DNA of 64,000 bases from Octopus vulgaris (GCA_951406725.2 OX597821.1:99634001-99698000), one strand, 5' to 3'; shown: positions 1-14,442, counted from the stretch's first letter. Numbers and translations are program-made. The notes: generated from the letters alone by a model not told the origin.

Positions 1-483
1 ACTTGGAATTCGCATCATCAGTTTGGAATCCCTATCTTGCTCAGAACATTGACCTCCTGGAATCTGTCCAGAGACGTGCAACCAAACGCATACCCTCCAT
101 CAGATACCTACCATATTCTGAGCGCCTTGTTTCCCTGGGCATGGATTCACTGAAGCTCCGGCGTCTGGCGACGGACTTGGTAAACACCCACAAGGTTATC
201 AACCACCTCACCAACAACAACACTGAACACCTTTTTGATCTCCATGTGTCTAACACACGTGGACATGCCTACAAAGTCAGAAAACAACACAGCTCCCATG
301 ACTTTTGGAAACATTTTTTCACGCTCAGGGTTGCTGAAGCATGGAATAAACTGCCTGCGTCAGTTGTTGACTGCCATGACACTGCATCCTTTAAGGCCCT
401 CATGCTTTCCGAAATCCGCCGAAACTACACCTGATTATATATACACTTTAGATGAGTTGTAGTGCACCTGAGCACTGTACACA

Positions 484-513
<30 letters not shown>
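1..513 (+). mobile_element. CR1/L2-clade LINE, 3' end of ORF2 with short 3' UTR and (TTA)n tail
   Basis: ORF 3..434 reads LEFASSVWNPY..IDLLESVQRRATK..Y.ERL..L..RR..TRGH..K..FF..RV..AWNKLP..FK, typical of the CR1 RT C-terminus. (TTA)n at ~484-513 runs straight into the middle of a SINE-A copy, indicating a nested insertion. Confidence 0.9.
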
Positions 514-516
<3 letters not shown>

Positions 517-1770
517 AACATACCAGCATCGGTTGTCAAGCAATGTTGGGGAGGACAAACACAAACACACACACACACATACACATATACATATAAATGA
601 CGGGCTTCTTTCAGTTTCCATCTACCAAATCCACTCACAAGGCATTGGTCGGCTCGAAGCTATAGTAGAAGACACTTGCCCAAGGTGCCACACAGTGGGA
701 CTGAACCTGCATTCATGTGGTTGGTATTAACCGATCCTCTTGTATTTTCTTTTACCCAAAGCCAGGAACTTTTCAGCAACCCCCTCAACCATATAGCAGT
801 GTTACTTAAGCATCTAAAATGCCTAAGTTAAATAGTCTTTCTTGATTGCAAAACTGTAATAAAATGTAAATATTATCTTTGTTTATTTTGTGCTCTAACA
901 TTAGAGATGTGATTATATTAATTTAAACTTGTTATTTGTGCTATGGTTTTGCTTAATGTCTTTTGCATTTTACAGTCTACAGCCTAAGATATACACAATA
1001 AAACATTTCTGAAATCTTTAAAAAAACTCGACATGATTTAATGAATATGGTTAGCAATATACAATCTCTATATGATATTAGTAATAATCGGATTTGTTCA
1101 ACCGATCTTATTTACGAGAAATATAATAATTAAGCTCAATCATTGTATGACGAGTTTAATGTAGTGAGACAGAAATAAAATGGCAACTCTATTTAATTAG
1201 CATCTGACAAAAATGAAGTAAATCTGCTGCAATTTGCTGTGACCATTCAATTTGAGAATTATAATTTGTTATTTTGATTTGAGAATAATAATTCTATTTG
1301 ATAATTATGATTTGTTATTTTAAAAGTATATTTTAAAGGGTATGGCTTTGTGGTAAGAAGTTTGCTTCCCAGCCACATGGTTCCAGGTTCAATTCCACCG
1401 TGTGGTGTCTTGACCAAGTATTTTGTATTATAGTCTCAGGCTTACCAAATCCTTGTGAGTGGATTTGGTAGATAGAAACTAAGAATAAGCACAAGGTAAA
1501 ATTACTAACTGCTTTTATAGCAAATTGATGCAGGTAGTTTATCCCATCCCCTTCTGACTTATAGTTCATGCTATTGAAAAAACTGCATTATTTATGGGAT
1601 GACCCAAAAGCACCCACTACACTCACAGAGTGGTTGGCATTAGGAAGGGCATCCAGCCGTAGAAACACTGCCAGATCTGACTGGGCCTGATGAAGCCTTC
1701 CAGCTTCACAGACCCCAGTTGAACTGTCCAACCCATGCTAGCATGGAAAACGGATGCTAAATGATGATGA

Positions 1771-1816
<46 letters not shown>

Positions 1817-2233
1817 TTGGTTTGAGGCCCAACTTTCCGAGTTCTTTTACAAAGCTTAGAAAAACTGAAGGACCACTGCAATAAGTTTGTGTATCTGAGA
1901 AGGGGAATATGTTCAATAAAATCATAATTAACTGACCTTTCTGTATTTTCTTTTACCCAAAGCCAGGAACTTTTCAGCACCTCTTGTAGTGCATGTTGTG
2001 TGTATAACCAGATGTATGGCTGCTGTTGTTAGTTCCACCTAGATTATCATAGTCTAGTCTGCTTCCCGTACAATGGGTAAACAACTACTATTCTTAGTAA
2101 TATTACTAGTGATGAAGTACAGAGCAAATGTAGGATAAATTACAATAGTCAAGGTTGCATTACTTGTTCCTACATATGTTTCACCATTATGGACACTAGT
2201 TCTCTATAACTTAATGCAATAAAGTGTTTTCAG

Positions 2234-2459
2234 ATGATCCAGAAAGTCTGCAAATCTAACAGAAGCCTCAAAAAACATTCTAAGATCCACAAAGATCAGA
2301 ACTTAACTGCAGCTCTTAGTGGTCCAAATCGGATATGCAATCTATGTGGGTGTCTTTTCAAAACATTGTCTGGTTTAAAAGCCACATCAGATGCCATGAT
2401 GGATCTAAGGTGTAGGTACAGGAAGTGGTCAAACTCTGCATAAGGAGTAGACAACTACC
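2234..2459 (+). mobile_element. Probable RTE LINE 3' end with tandem C2H2-like zinc-finger motifs (frameshifted)
   Basis: Reads VCKSNRSLKKHSKIH then CNLCGCLFKTLSGLK; a 1-nt shift continues as (S)HIRCH. A short UTR and (TA)n follow. Confidence 0.55.
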
Positions 2460-3075
2460 ATATATATATATATATATATATATATCATCATCATCATCAT
2501 CATTGTTTAATATCCATTATTCATGCGGATCTGGGAAGCCAGGAAGCTGCACCTGGCTCCAGTCTGATCTGGCAGTCTTTCTACAGCTGGATGCCCTTCC
2601 TAACTATGCCAACCACTCCGTGAATGTAGTGGGTGCTTTTTACATGCCACCAGCACAAGTATCACAACTACAATTTCCATTTGATTTTTTATTTTGATGT
2701 TGATGTACTTGACTCAATAGGTCTCCTCAAGCACAGCAGGTCATTCTGTACTTTGTTCTGGGTTCATTCTAAGGTACTTTGGATGGGCTGGGGCTGCTAT
2801 GTGAAACTGGTGCAAGAAACAGCCATGAACTCACATTATTTGTTGGGTCTTCGTGGTCACAGTATATCTCCAGAGATCTCGATATATATATATGTGTGTG
2901 TGTGTAAAGAGTGTTTGAAGTGGTGTATAGGTATTGTATATTGAGAAAAAGGGGGCAGTCATTTTGATTTTGTCTTGACAAGTTTGATAAACGAACAAAA
3001 GCATTAATAAAGAATTATCCAAAATTCTGACTGCTTCCTTCTCAATAAACACACACACACACACACACATACACA

Positions 3076-3162
<87 letters not shown>

Positions 3163-4039
3163 CTATTTGATTTATAGAAGAACAACAAAAACAGATTCAT
3201 TGAATTTTTTTTATCAAACATTCAATTGATCAGAGATTAGATAACTGTGGTATCAAAAGTCAAAAAGTAGGGGCATATATTTGAACATCTATATTTGACC
3301 CACCTTCTTCTTCATTACTGAAGATGCTTGTGTATGTGGTTGCTCAACCTGCTAGAAATAGCAACCAAATCTTTCTGCAATGAAACCTCACTGTCTGAAA
3401 AAAAAAAACACAACAAAAACTGAAAATACACTGGAAGGACATATTCAGCAACATTGTTTAGTCCTAGAAATTGCTGCCAAATCTTCCTCAGATCAAACCC
3501 TACTGTTATAAAAATAAGGCCTGACTGTGTTTCAAAATGTTTGTTCTGGGTTCAGTCCCACTGTATGGCAACTTGGAAGAGCCAACCAAAGTTTTGTGAG
3601 TGGATTTGTAGATTGAAACAGAATGAAGCGTGCCATATATGTGAATATATCTATGCATGTGTGTCTTTGAGTCTATGCTTATCTCCAATCACTGCTTGAA
3701 AACTGGTGCTGTAGCAGTTCAGCAAAAGAGACAGAAAATACATACCAGGCTTAAAAATGCTAAGTACTGAGATTGATTTGCTTCACCAAAATTCTTCAAG
3801 GTGTTGCCCCAGCATGGCCACAATCTAATGACTGAAACAAGTAAAAGGTAAATGCAATAAAAAAAATCAAAAAGCGAAAGACGGACATATTTGACAACAT
3901 AGTTCAGTTCTAGATCATCCTAAAAGGCAGGATGGTCATGGCTGAAACAGTCTTGATGTTAAATTCTGTTTGACCAGAAATTAACTTGGGGTCGGGGCCT
4001 GATATATGGTGGTAGGTTATGGCAGGGATGCCAAGGGAC

Positions 4040-4455
4040 AACAACATTTATGCCACCAAAACTATCAACACTACCACCAATACCATACTAACATTACTAC
4101 TACTATTATGACCACCACCACTACCACCACCACCACCACCACCACCACCTCCACCACCACCACAACTACCACCATGGTCACTGCTGCTGCGGCTAGTGCT
4201 ACTATCACAGCTGCTGGTACTACTACTACTACCATCGCCATCACTGCCACCACCACCACCACCACCACAACCACCACCACCACCACCACCATCACCATCA
4301 CCACCATCATCGCTGCAGCCATCACAACCACCACCACTACTACTAGCCCCACCACTGCTGCTGTTACTACTACTACTACCATCACCACTATCACCACTGG
4401 AACCACCACTACCACCACCACTATTACGACAAATAACTACAATAACAACAACAGC
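4040..4455. repeat. Degenerate (ACC/ACT)n trinucleotide array
   Basis: Visible directly; produces the poly-T/G/V/P pseudo-ORFs. Confidence 0.95.
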
Positions 4456-4649
4456 AATTGTCACAACAACCTCACTTCTTGCCCATCCACTCTCCTTTGC
4501 ATTACTAGTTACAAAGCAATGTAAGTGTTTACAACATGTGGCCTAATTTTGGAACTAGAATAGACTGTTTTTGAGGCCGTCAACCACCAACTCAAGGAGA
4601 TTCTTTGCCATTTAACCGTGATGTTGACTCAAAACACTTTAGGTTCGCA

Positions 4650-4755
4650 GGTTTGTGTGTGCATGTGTGTGTGTGTGTGTGTGTGTGCACATGTGTCTGT
4701 GTGTTTATGTGTGTGTATATGTATATATGTATTTATGTGTGCGTATGAGTATATA

Positions 4756-4786
<31 letters not shown>

Positions 4787-5122
4787 GTATATATGTATGT
4801 GTGTGTGCATGTATATATATATGTACATATATATACACACACATGTATGTATATATATATATATATATAATAATTATACATATATATATATATACATATA
4901 TGTATATATATATGTGTGTGTGTGTGTATATATATATATGTTGTGTATATATGTATATATATATATACATGCATACATATATATATATATATATGTGTAC
5001 ACATATATATTATTTGTGTGTCTGTGTATAAATATATATAAATGCATATATGTAGATATATGTGTATGTATATATATAAATATATATATATATATATTTA
5101 TATGTATATATATATATTTATA

Positions 5123-5177
<55 letters not shown>

Positions 5178-5192
5178 GTGTATATATATATG

Positions 5193-5237
<45 letters not shown>

Positions 5238-5260
5238 GTGTATGTGTTTATAAATGTATG
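4650..5260. repeat. Compound (TG)n/(TA)n microsatellite block, representative of dozens in the window
   Basis: Visible directly. Similar blocks at ~3045-3160, 9560-9830 (incl. (TCTA)n), 19120-19230, 20245-20420, 24990-25150, 38050-38660 and 43790-43890. Confidence 0.95.
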
Positions 5261-5372
5261 TCAGTGAAAACAGAAGTGCTGCAGTGTCTAGTTATTGTGA
5301 AGTAGACAGGAAATAGCAGTGTGAGTTTTTAGTTTATGTAACTATAGTGAGGTAAGGGATATGCTGCTGCTG

Positions 5373-5453
<81 letters not shown>

Positions 5454-6126
5454 TCTCCTATAGGTACAAAGCCTGAAATTTGGCGGGAGAGGGCAAATCA
5501 ATTTCATCGATCCCAGTGTATCGCTAGTACTTAAGTTATCAACCTTTAGAGGATCAAAGGCAAAGTTGACCTTGGCAGAATTTGAACTCAGAAAGTTACA
5601 ACGGATGAAATATCATTCAGCATTTTGCTAACAATTCCAGCTCTCTGCCTGAATACTCTTTCACTCTTTTACTTCTTTCAGTCATTTTTTTATTGTGGCC
5701 ATGCTGGAGCACTGCCTTTAGTCGAGCAAATCAATCCCAGGACTTATTCTTTGTAAGCCTAGTACTTATTCTATTGGTCTCTTTTGCTGAACTGCTAAGT
5801 TACGGAAACGTAAACATACTAGCATCGGTTGTCAAGCAATGTTGGGGGGACAAACACAGGCATACAAACACACACACACACACACACACACATACACACA
5901 CACACACACACATACACACACACATACAGTTTCTGTCTACTAAATCCACTCACAAGGCTTTGGTCGGCCTGAGGCTATAGTAGAAGACACTTGTCCAATG
6001 TGCCATGCAATGGGACTGAACCATGAACCATGTGGTTGGTAAGCAAATTACTTACCACACAGCCACTCCTATGCCTTTATAATAATAATAATAATAATAA
6101 TAATAATTATAATAATAATGATACCA

Positions 6127-6434
6127 GGTCTTCAGACTATCATCACTTTGGCCCCATGAAAGAGGGTTTGAGAGGCAATCATTATTCAAGTGACGAGGAA
6201 GTGAAAACTGCAGTAAAGACTTGGCTCAAAGAACAGTCAACAGAATTTTATGGGACAGGGATATATGCTCTCATTCGAAGGTGGAACATTGTTATTGAGA
6301 GAAACGGTGACTATGTTGAGAAGCAGGGATATGATCCACAGAGGACCAGCTTCATTTTGATGTATGATACATGTTCCTGTGTTGGTAATTATACCTGTCC
6401 TAAACAAAATGGCATTACTTTTTGACTCACCCTC
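6127..6434 (+). mobile_element. Mariner transposon 3' fragment with right TIR
   Basis: SDYHHFGPMKEGLRG..YSSDEEVKTAVKTWL..FY..GI..L..RW..VI..NGDYVEK is a mariner C-terminus. It ends in ...TTTTTGACTCACCCTC next to (TA)n. Confidence 0.85.
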
Positions 6435-6659
6435 ATATATATATATCACTATACTTAGAGCCAGTTGATTGTGGTAAAAAAGCTGGTTAACTAAGCTTCT
6501 AGAATATACATAGATTATATAAAATAATTCAAAGGATATGATTATTGATCAATAAAAATTTATTGATCAGTATATCAAATGAACTTCATTTCATATCAAA
6601 ATTAAAAAGTAATTTTATTAGGATGATGGATACTATACAACTTCACACAAAAACACTAA

Positions 6660-7305
6660 GAACAAAAAAACATAACACCACACCTCAACTCAAAACATTA
6701 CTATTTATATCAACACACAACCCCAGAAACAGTGAGGCATTCAACACTATTGTGCACACTCTTCCTTTACTAACTAGAGATCCAAAAATGAATGACATCC
6801 TGAAAATTCACAAACTCATCAAATGCAAAAAACAAGACAAATCGCTAAAGAGACTACTAACAAATGCGAAGCTTTGCAAAAAATCCACAAAACCAACTGT
6901 TGAAAAATGTGGACGCCCAAACTGTGGAACCTGCCCCAACATGCTTGAAGTCTCAGATTTCTTTTCAAACATGGACAGAGGTTCACAATTAAAACTAGTT
7001 TCACTTGTACCTCTGAGAACCTAATTTATGTAATAACCTGCTCGGGTTGCGGACACCACTATATTGGACAAACGAGTATGACCTTGAGAAAGAGAACCAC
7101 TCTACATAAAGAGCAAATCCGTTTCCCGCAATACAGACAAATTCTTCTCAGTGAACATATAGAAAAATGTGCAGGTAACATCAAACCACATATCACAGTC
7201 TTCCCTTTCTACCAGTGCAAAGACGAAATCTCTCAACTAGAATGTTTAAATAAAGAAACTTTTTACATTGAAAAATACAAAACACGTCTTAATATGCATG
7301 CATAA
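6660..7305 (+). mobile_element. Penelope-like element fragment (linker and GIY-YIG endonuclease), frameshifted
   Basis: KCGRPNCGTC, then FTCTSENLIYVITCSGCGHHYIGQT..LRKR..H, ..SEH.., and E..YI.KY...LN. This is the PLE GIY-YIG signature, split across frames near 6960. Confidence 0.85.
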
Positions 7306-7448
7306 CCAACTTTTATCTTTTTACATATTTCAATTCATGATTACATCATTGTACATAAATCACTAGTTTTTGAAACTTGTCTCTGTCTGTACGCATATAT
7401 AATCCCCACCCATTCCTCTTTTCTGTTATATATATATATATAATATAT

Positions 7449-7670
7449 ACTCTTTTACTCTCTTTTACTTGTTTCAATCATTTGACTGTGGCCATGCTGG
7501 AGCACTGCCTTTAATCGAGCAACTTGATCCTGGGACTTATTCTTTTGTAAGCCCAGTACTTATTCTATCGGTCTCTTTTGCTGAACTGCTAAGTAATGGG
7601 GACATAAACACACCAGCATCAGTTGTCAAGCAATGCTAGGGGGACAAACACAGACACACAAACACACACA

Positions 7671-7718
<48 letters not shown>

Positions 7719-7880
7719 ACGGGCTTCTTTCAGTTTCCATCTACCAAATCCACTCACAAGGCTTTGGTTGGTCTGAGGCTATAGTAGAAGACACTAGCCC
7801 AAGGTGCCACGCAGTGGGACCGAACTCGGAACCATGTGGTTGGTAAGCAAGCTACTTACCACACAGCCACTCCTGTGCCT
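7449..7880 (-). mobile_element. SINE family A (tRNA head, CORE-like segment, internal microsatellite, (GTAAAAGA)n tail), full-length copy
   Basis: A-box-like TGGCTGTGTGG, B-box-like GGTTC(A/G)GTCCC and CORE-like CACCTTGGGCAAGT. Other copies at ~516-725, 3545-3850, 5655-6075, 9830-10215, 10942-11215, 17082-17505, 18898-19392, 28160-28585, 37243-37648, 44300-44610, 47215-47650, 53195-53540, 54640-54962 and 57010-57365. Confidence 0.85.
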
Positions 7881-8471
7881 ATATATATATATATATATTG
7901 AATGAATGTGTGTGCATCTGTGTGGTTGGGGAGGAGTGGCTAAATCTACATCATATGACTAGTTTCCTTTCCAGGGTCAGAATATAGTTCTGCCATAATC
8001 ACTCATCAAATCTTGTTGAGTTCAAGTGCAATCCATGCTAGGACAATACTATTTACATGGTAGGTACGGATGAGTAGTTAAAAAGGTTTGCAGTGAAATG
8101 AGTTATTAGAGTATTGGATAGATTGCCTTAAGGTATTTGATCCGAATCTATATGATCTGAGTTCAAACACCACCAAGGTCAACTTTAACTTTATATCCTT
8201 TGTGGTTGATGAAAAAAGTACCAATCTGGGGTAGTGCATTCCTGGAACTGTAACTACCTTGGAACCATGCCAAACAGTATTTGTCCTGGCTTTCTGCATT
8301 CTGAGTTCAAATGCCTGGTTTAACACCTCCACCTGGTCCTGTGGGTGCCTTTAGTAAAGTCCATTTTGTTGCAAGTATTTTGGTTTGGACTCTGGTTTGA
8401 AGATAACTTTCTCTTCCTTGTCATTCCTGAAAGCTTTGTCAAAAGTCATGGGCACTAACTTCGTCCCTAAC

Positions 8472-8830
8472 TGAAAGGGTAAAGGGTAAGAGTAAAACCC
8501 CCTTCAGTCATGAATGACCATGGGATTGCACCTAGAAAGTTCCCCTCTGAGGCATAAATCTGGGCAAGGTTGTTTATGGAAGTCTAGCAGTTGCCTATGC
8601 ATACCAACCTCCCCTCTCTATGCCACAAATGTTATCCAAGGGAAAGGCAAAGGCCAATACAGCTTGGCACCAGTGACATTGCAACTTATTTCTACAGCTG
8701 AGTGAACTGGAACAACATGAAATAAAGTGTCTTGCTCAAGAACACAACATACGGCCCGGTGCGGGAATTGAACTCACAACCTCATGATTATGGACCCAAT
8801 ACTCTAACCACTGAGCCATGCATTTTCACT
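8472..8830 (-). mobile_element. SINE family D (tRNA head, CORE-like segment)
   Basis: Minus strand begins TGGCTCAGTGGTTAGAG...GAGTTC(A/G)ATTCCC, followed by TGTTCTTGAGCAAGACACTTT. Other copies at 48903-49232, ~51655-51925 (+) and ~63590-63817. Confidence 0.85.
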
Positions 8831-9547
8831 AACTAAAAGACAAGAAACAAAAATCCAGTTATGCCTATAGACATAGCTTAGTAGATAAAGATGTTGGTTA
8901 ATGCAATGCAGTTATCTAGTAGTTCTGAGCTCAATCCTAGGCAAGGCAGTAAGGTGAATCTCATAAAATTCAGAGAGTGGAATGAGAACAGTATACCCCC
9001 ATGGATCAAATAAAGGTTTAGGTTTGAAATTCCAATACAACAACCAAGTACAACACGAGACACCAAAAGAAGGCTGGAGTACAACAGCTGAAACATAGTG
9101 AAGTCAACAATCAAGATCAGGACTCCAGTTCAGCTAATATAATCAGTGTGCAGAATATAAATTCCTTGTCTTAGAAATATAGAATTGTGAAAAAAAAATC
9201 CAATTGAATTGGGTTGTAAATCTTCTGTAACTTTTCCCTATGCCTTGTGTTGCTGCTATAATGATCTCTGAATCTTTAAAAAAAAAATCTATGTAGGGTT
9301 AATAGTGAATACATTCAAAAGAAGACATACACAACAGGTTCAAAATTTAAATGTAGATAAAAGAAAAAAAATAAATAGCTGTAAAAACACTACTTTTAAA
9401 TACAAATGAGGTTGATACATCCACCTTTGGTATAAGCAAATCAATCATTCTACTTCCTACAGTGTCCACCTACAACATTAAATATGTGAGTTCAACAATA
9501 TGGTCATAAGACATTTCTAGTGTTTGCTTAACTAACTTCTATTTCAG

Positions 9548-9558
9548 AATGAGAAGAG
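9548..9558 (+). CDS. Possible micro-exon (A ATG AGA AGA G) of the unannotated multi-exon gene
   Basis: Flanks are ttctatttcag| and |gtttgt. The phase-1 end fits exon 16782. Very short, so it could be chance. Confidence 0.2.
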
Positions 9559-9600
9559 GTTTGTATGTGTGTGTGTGTGTGTATCTTTATATATTTATAT

Positions 9601-9643
<43 letters not shown>

Positions 9644-9726
9644 CATACACACACACACATATACATTATATATATATATATACATATCATATATATATGT
9701 ACATATATCATACATATGTGTGTGTA

Positions 9727-9811
<85 letters not shown>

Positions 9812-10020
9812 GTCTGTCTATCTATCTATAAATTCTTTTATTTGTTTCAGTCATTTGACTGCAGCCATGCTGGAGCACTACATTTAGTCGAACAAATCGA
9901 CCCTAGGACTTATTTGTAAGCCTAGTACTTATTCTGTTGGTCTCTTTTGCCGAACCACTAAGTTATGGGAACATAAAGACACCAGCGATGGTGGTGGTGG
10001 GGACAAACACAAGCACACAA

Positions 10021-10055
<35 letters not shown>

Positions 10056-10214
10056 GGTCTTCTTTCAGTTTCCGTCTACCAAATCCACTCACACAGCTTT
10101 GGTTGGCCTGAGGCTATAATAGAAGACACTTGCCCAAGGTGCCATGCAGTGGGACTGAACCCAGCACCATGTGGTTGGGAAGCAAGCTATTTAACACACA
10201 GCTACACCTGCACC

Positions 10215-10290
<76 letters not shown>

Positions 10291-11119
10291 ATATATATAT
10301 CTTTATATATATATATATATATATACACCTGCACACATACATAGGTATAATAGAGCAAAATTTGAACAGGAGGTTGCAAAGCATTAAATCAAATTATAAC
10401 ATATTTCTACAACATATTGAGCAAAGAACAAAGACATTTAGATATATATAAATATAACAAGAAACCAGGAAGGCCTAGTGGGTGAAAATTCACAGTGATT
10501 CAGTATAGATGAGTACACTCCAGGATGAGGTAGAAGGAAATCCAAGAGGTCTTTAGTACTGATTTGACTGAGATAAGCAAGTAAAATCCATGGGATCCCC
10601 TCTCTCTCTCTTTCGGAGAGGCACAAGTACCTACATGCACATATACACACACGGCAGTAACTTCCACCTGCCGAATTCAATCACAAAGCTTCGGTCGGCT
10701 CGGGGCTATAGCGGAAGACACCTACCCAAAGTGCCACGCAGTGGGACTGAACCCGAAACCATGTAGCTAGGAAGCAAGCTCCCTAACCACGCAGCCATAT
10801 AAGTGAAAAACTTACAAATGATGGAGACGAAGGTGTAGGTAATACTTTACAGCTGTTTCTAGGATAGGTGGATATTAAAGACAGATTTGTGCATTTTACC
10901 AGTATAAACGTAAACATCGGTGCAGGAGTAGCTGTGTGGGTAGGCGCAGGAGTAGCTGTGTGGTAAGTAGCTTGCTTACCAACGACATGGTTCCGGGTTC
11001 AGTCCCACTGCATGGTACCTTGAGCAAGTGTCTTCTACTATACCCTCGAGCTGACCAAAGCCTTGTGAATGGATTTGGTTGACAGAAACTGAAAGAAGCC
11101 TGTCGTATATATATATATG

Positions 11120-11167
<48 letters not shown>

Positions 11168-11279
11168 TGTGTCTGTGTTTGTTCCCCCAACATCGTTTGA
11201 CAACCGATGCAGGTGTGTTGAATTAGCATTTGTCAAAATCAAGTGTGGAAAACAACATACATCATGTGGTGTTTGTTTT

Positions 11280-12399
11280 CAGTGATGCATTTCTGAAGGC
11301 ATTCTTAGAAGTTGGCCTCCACTCTCTCCAGTATTACTCTGTCGACTTGGGTCCTCGAAATCATTCAATGTATGGGGCTTATGTGCATATACACATACCT
11401 TGAGGTTTCCCCATAAGAAATAATCATACATGAACAAATCAGGGGACTGAGGAGGCCAATGAATGTCAGCAAACCTGGGAATGGGACGGTCACCAAAGAT
11501 AGGGTGAAGAATGTCCATTGATCCTCTGGCTGTGTGGACCGTTGCCCCATCCTGCTGAAACCACACACGTTGAATAGGCATATGTATTTGTTGTAATTCA
11601 GGCACAAAGAAGTTGTTTATCATCTCAATGTAATGCTTGGAGTTCACATTAACATCATTTCCATTATTGTCTTCAAAAAAGTAAGGATCAATGACGGTCA
11701 GCTTTTCCAACAGCACACCAGGCCATCTCTTTTGGGCTGTCCAGTGGTCTTTCATGAAGTTCTCTTCGATTTTCAAGAGTCCAATAACAACAGTTTTGTT
11801 GATTCACCATGCCATTGAGATGAAAATGAGTTTCATAAACTCCTTAACAAAATGCGGTTGTCATTTGCCTAAAAATTGCTTCCATCTGACGTACGAAGTT
11901 AAGCTGCTGTGCATAGTCCCATGGTTTCAACTGTTGCCCAATGACCAATTTGTACAGGTAGAAATGCCGGTCTTCATGCAAAATACAGTGGAATGCCTCT
12001 GAACAGAGCGATTTGAACTCAGTATCAAAGCTTGTCTAGCGTGTTCCACATTTTCCAGGGTCTGTACCATTCATTGTGCCCCTACCAGTCTCCTATTCAT
12101 TAGTGTACTTTGTGTACAAAGTGCATTCACCCAACATAAGATTGTGTTACAAGTGGGAACAGCCTCATTTTGGTGAATGTTGAAGCGGCACCAAAACTCA
12201 TGCTGAACTGCTGTGACAGACTCATTATTCTTCACATAACTGTTGTAGGAAAACACGCAATGCTCTATTGTCCACGGTGCCATGGCTTCACCTGAGAAGA
12301 AAAAGAATGGAATGAATGGTACCTGTTGGACATATGTCCCTCCCACTGGGGCTGAGTAATAGCCATTTCAAAAACGTCCGTCCTCTCTGCCCCACCCTT
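11280..12399 (-). mobile_element. Tc1/mariner DD41D (rosa/VS-like) element with decayed transposase; one terminus retained
   Basis: N-terminal HTH region (NESVTAVQHEF..RF), HFHLNG.VN.QNC.YW, and WFQQDGATVH...WPPQSPDLFMYDYFLWG with 41 residues between the 2nd and 3rd D. The first D reads Y. Terminus AGGGTGGGGCAGAGAGGACGG next to TA at ~12400. Confidence 0.85.
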
Positions 12400-12576
12400 T
12401 ATATACACTTATGCATATATAGATTGTTTGATGTGGTGTACAGATTTTATATATTAAGAATGAGGTAGTCAGGGTTTGCATAAAAATTACTCATTTAGCA
12501 CTTTTGTCCCTTTTAGGGATTCATCATGATGAATCCTTAAAATAGTTTTTATCCAAATTCTGATTACCTCCTTTTT

Positions 12577-12651
<75 letters not shown>

Positions 12652-13007
12652 GAGAGAGCTTAGTTCTAGGGAGATAGAGATTTCTCTCTATCTTAGATCT
12701 GGGGAGAGAGAGAGAAGAGGAGAGATAAATAGTCAAAGATATGCAAATATATCAGCCATAACTAAACCTTTTGAGCTTCTAGAACACACAGCAACCCTAA
12801 TCTTATAGTATAACTGTTTGTTTGACCCAACAGACTTATTAGTATGCACACACACAAACAGATATGAACACACTAAGTAATCATTATATTAACACTTGCT
12901 GTTATTGTTTCATCTCAGGTTAATTCTGAGTGAGCATTCATGTTTTTCTTTTTCTGCTGCTTTCACAGATTCCCATGATTCTCAGTTGCCATCCAATTCC
13001 ATTATTC

Positions 13008-13400
13008 ATCATCATCATCATCATCATCATCATCGTTTAACGTCCGTTTTCCATGCTAGCATGGGTTGGACGATTCGACTGGGGTCTAGGAAGCCAGGAG
13101 GCTGCGCCGGGCTCCAGTCTGATCTGGCAGTGTTTCTACAGCCGGATGCCCTTCCTAACGCGAACCACTCCGTGAGTGTAGTGGGTGCTTTTTACGTGCC
13201 ACCAGCACAGGGGCCAGGGGAGGCTGGCAAACGGCCACGATCGGTTGGTGCTCTTTACGTGTCACCAAAACACGCAAGTCAGGTGCCGCTGGCATCGGCC
13301 ACGTTCAGATGGTGCTTTTATCCATTTGATTTTTATTTTGATGATGTACTTGACTCAATAGGTCTCCTCAAGCACAGCAGGTCACCCTGCGATCCAAGGT
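13008..13400 (-). mobile_element. Family C repeat with (GAT)n tail, probably the 3' UTR of an RTE LINE
   Basis: Conserved GTTAGGAAGGGCATCC..GTAGAAAC..CCCATGCTAGCATGGAAAACGGACGTTAAA(C/T)GATGAT. Copies at ~1605-1775, 2485-2880, 14805-15278, 25590-25850, 26590-26970, 29742-30050, 39140-39680 and 50317-50512. Confidence 0.75.
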
Positions 13401-14442
13401 TAGCACAGTAGGCCATCCTGCAAGCCATTATGAATTTGAATTGGGGGCTTGAGTCATAGTGAATCTTTCATTACTTGATTACACCTATGGGTGCATTGCA
13501 GTTACTCTTTTGATAGAGGTTGGTGATCCTGACTATTGATCTTCTCGGATTCCTCTGCTCAGCATCAATATAAAGAAGTGTTGTTAGCTTAGTTGAGCTC
13601 TTCTGCTACCTCTTTACACTCTACCATGCTGCAATCCCATGACTTCACCATATCCCTAACAGGGTGGATGAACAGATTCAATGCCATGCCAAAGGGCAGC
13701 TTGTAACTATACAGGGCACGGTTGTCACTCCATAATATATTTTCAAGTACCCGCATACGCATGACCATACATATAATCGAAAGAAAAGTATCCCAGTCTT
13801 TCATTTATAAGATGGCAGATGTCATTTAAGGGTGTTTTAGCTGTTATTTCTTGCATGTATTCATATTTATATTAACATAATTCTCATAAACACAGAAACA
13901 GTGCCACAACACACCACATGTCAATGTGTAACTTGTATTAATTGATAAAATTAAAAAGAGGGTCAATATGAAAAGATTGATATAATTTTTACTAAATTAT
14001 CAATATATCAATGTCAGTGACACATAAAAAACATCTGTGCCGGTGACATATAAAAGGCACCCAGTATACTATATGGAGTGGCTGACATTAGGAAGGGTGT
14101 CCAGCTGTAGAAACCAAAACTGGAGTCTGGTGCAGCTCTGTAGCTTACCAGTTCCAATTAAACTAAGCCATGCCAGCATGGAAAATGGATGTCGATGATG
14201 ATGATGATCATCATCATTGTCATTGTTTTAACATTCTACTTTTCAATGCTTGCATGTTTCAGATGGAATTCTTTGAGGCAGATTATATACCTACCTGAAT
14301 TGCTGCTTTGGTCTTGGGTTCAGTTCCACTGCACAGCACCTTGAGCAAGTGTCTTTTACTGTAGCCTTGGGCTGATCAACACCTTGCGAGTGGATTTTGT
14401 AGATGAAAACTTATAATATATATATATATAATAAATCTCTGA

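Noticed and set aside
4006-4546. Mucin-like Thr-rich, Gly-rich and Pro-rich ORFs
   Set aside because: Several frames on both strands are open simply because of an (ACC)n-type array. No supporting gene structure.
4618-5305. [12 protein letters not shown] ORFs here and throughout the window
   Set aside because: Translations of dinucleotide microsatellites.
12935-13005. Strong acceptor-like tract (tttctttttctgctgctttcacag); also isolated splice-like sites at ~975 and 4509-4526
   Set aside because: No convincing paired site or frame support. They could be further exons but cannot be supported by eye.
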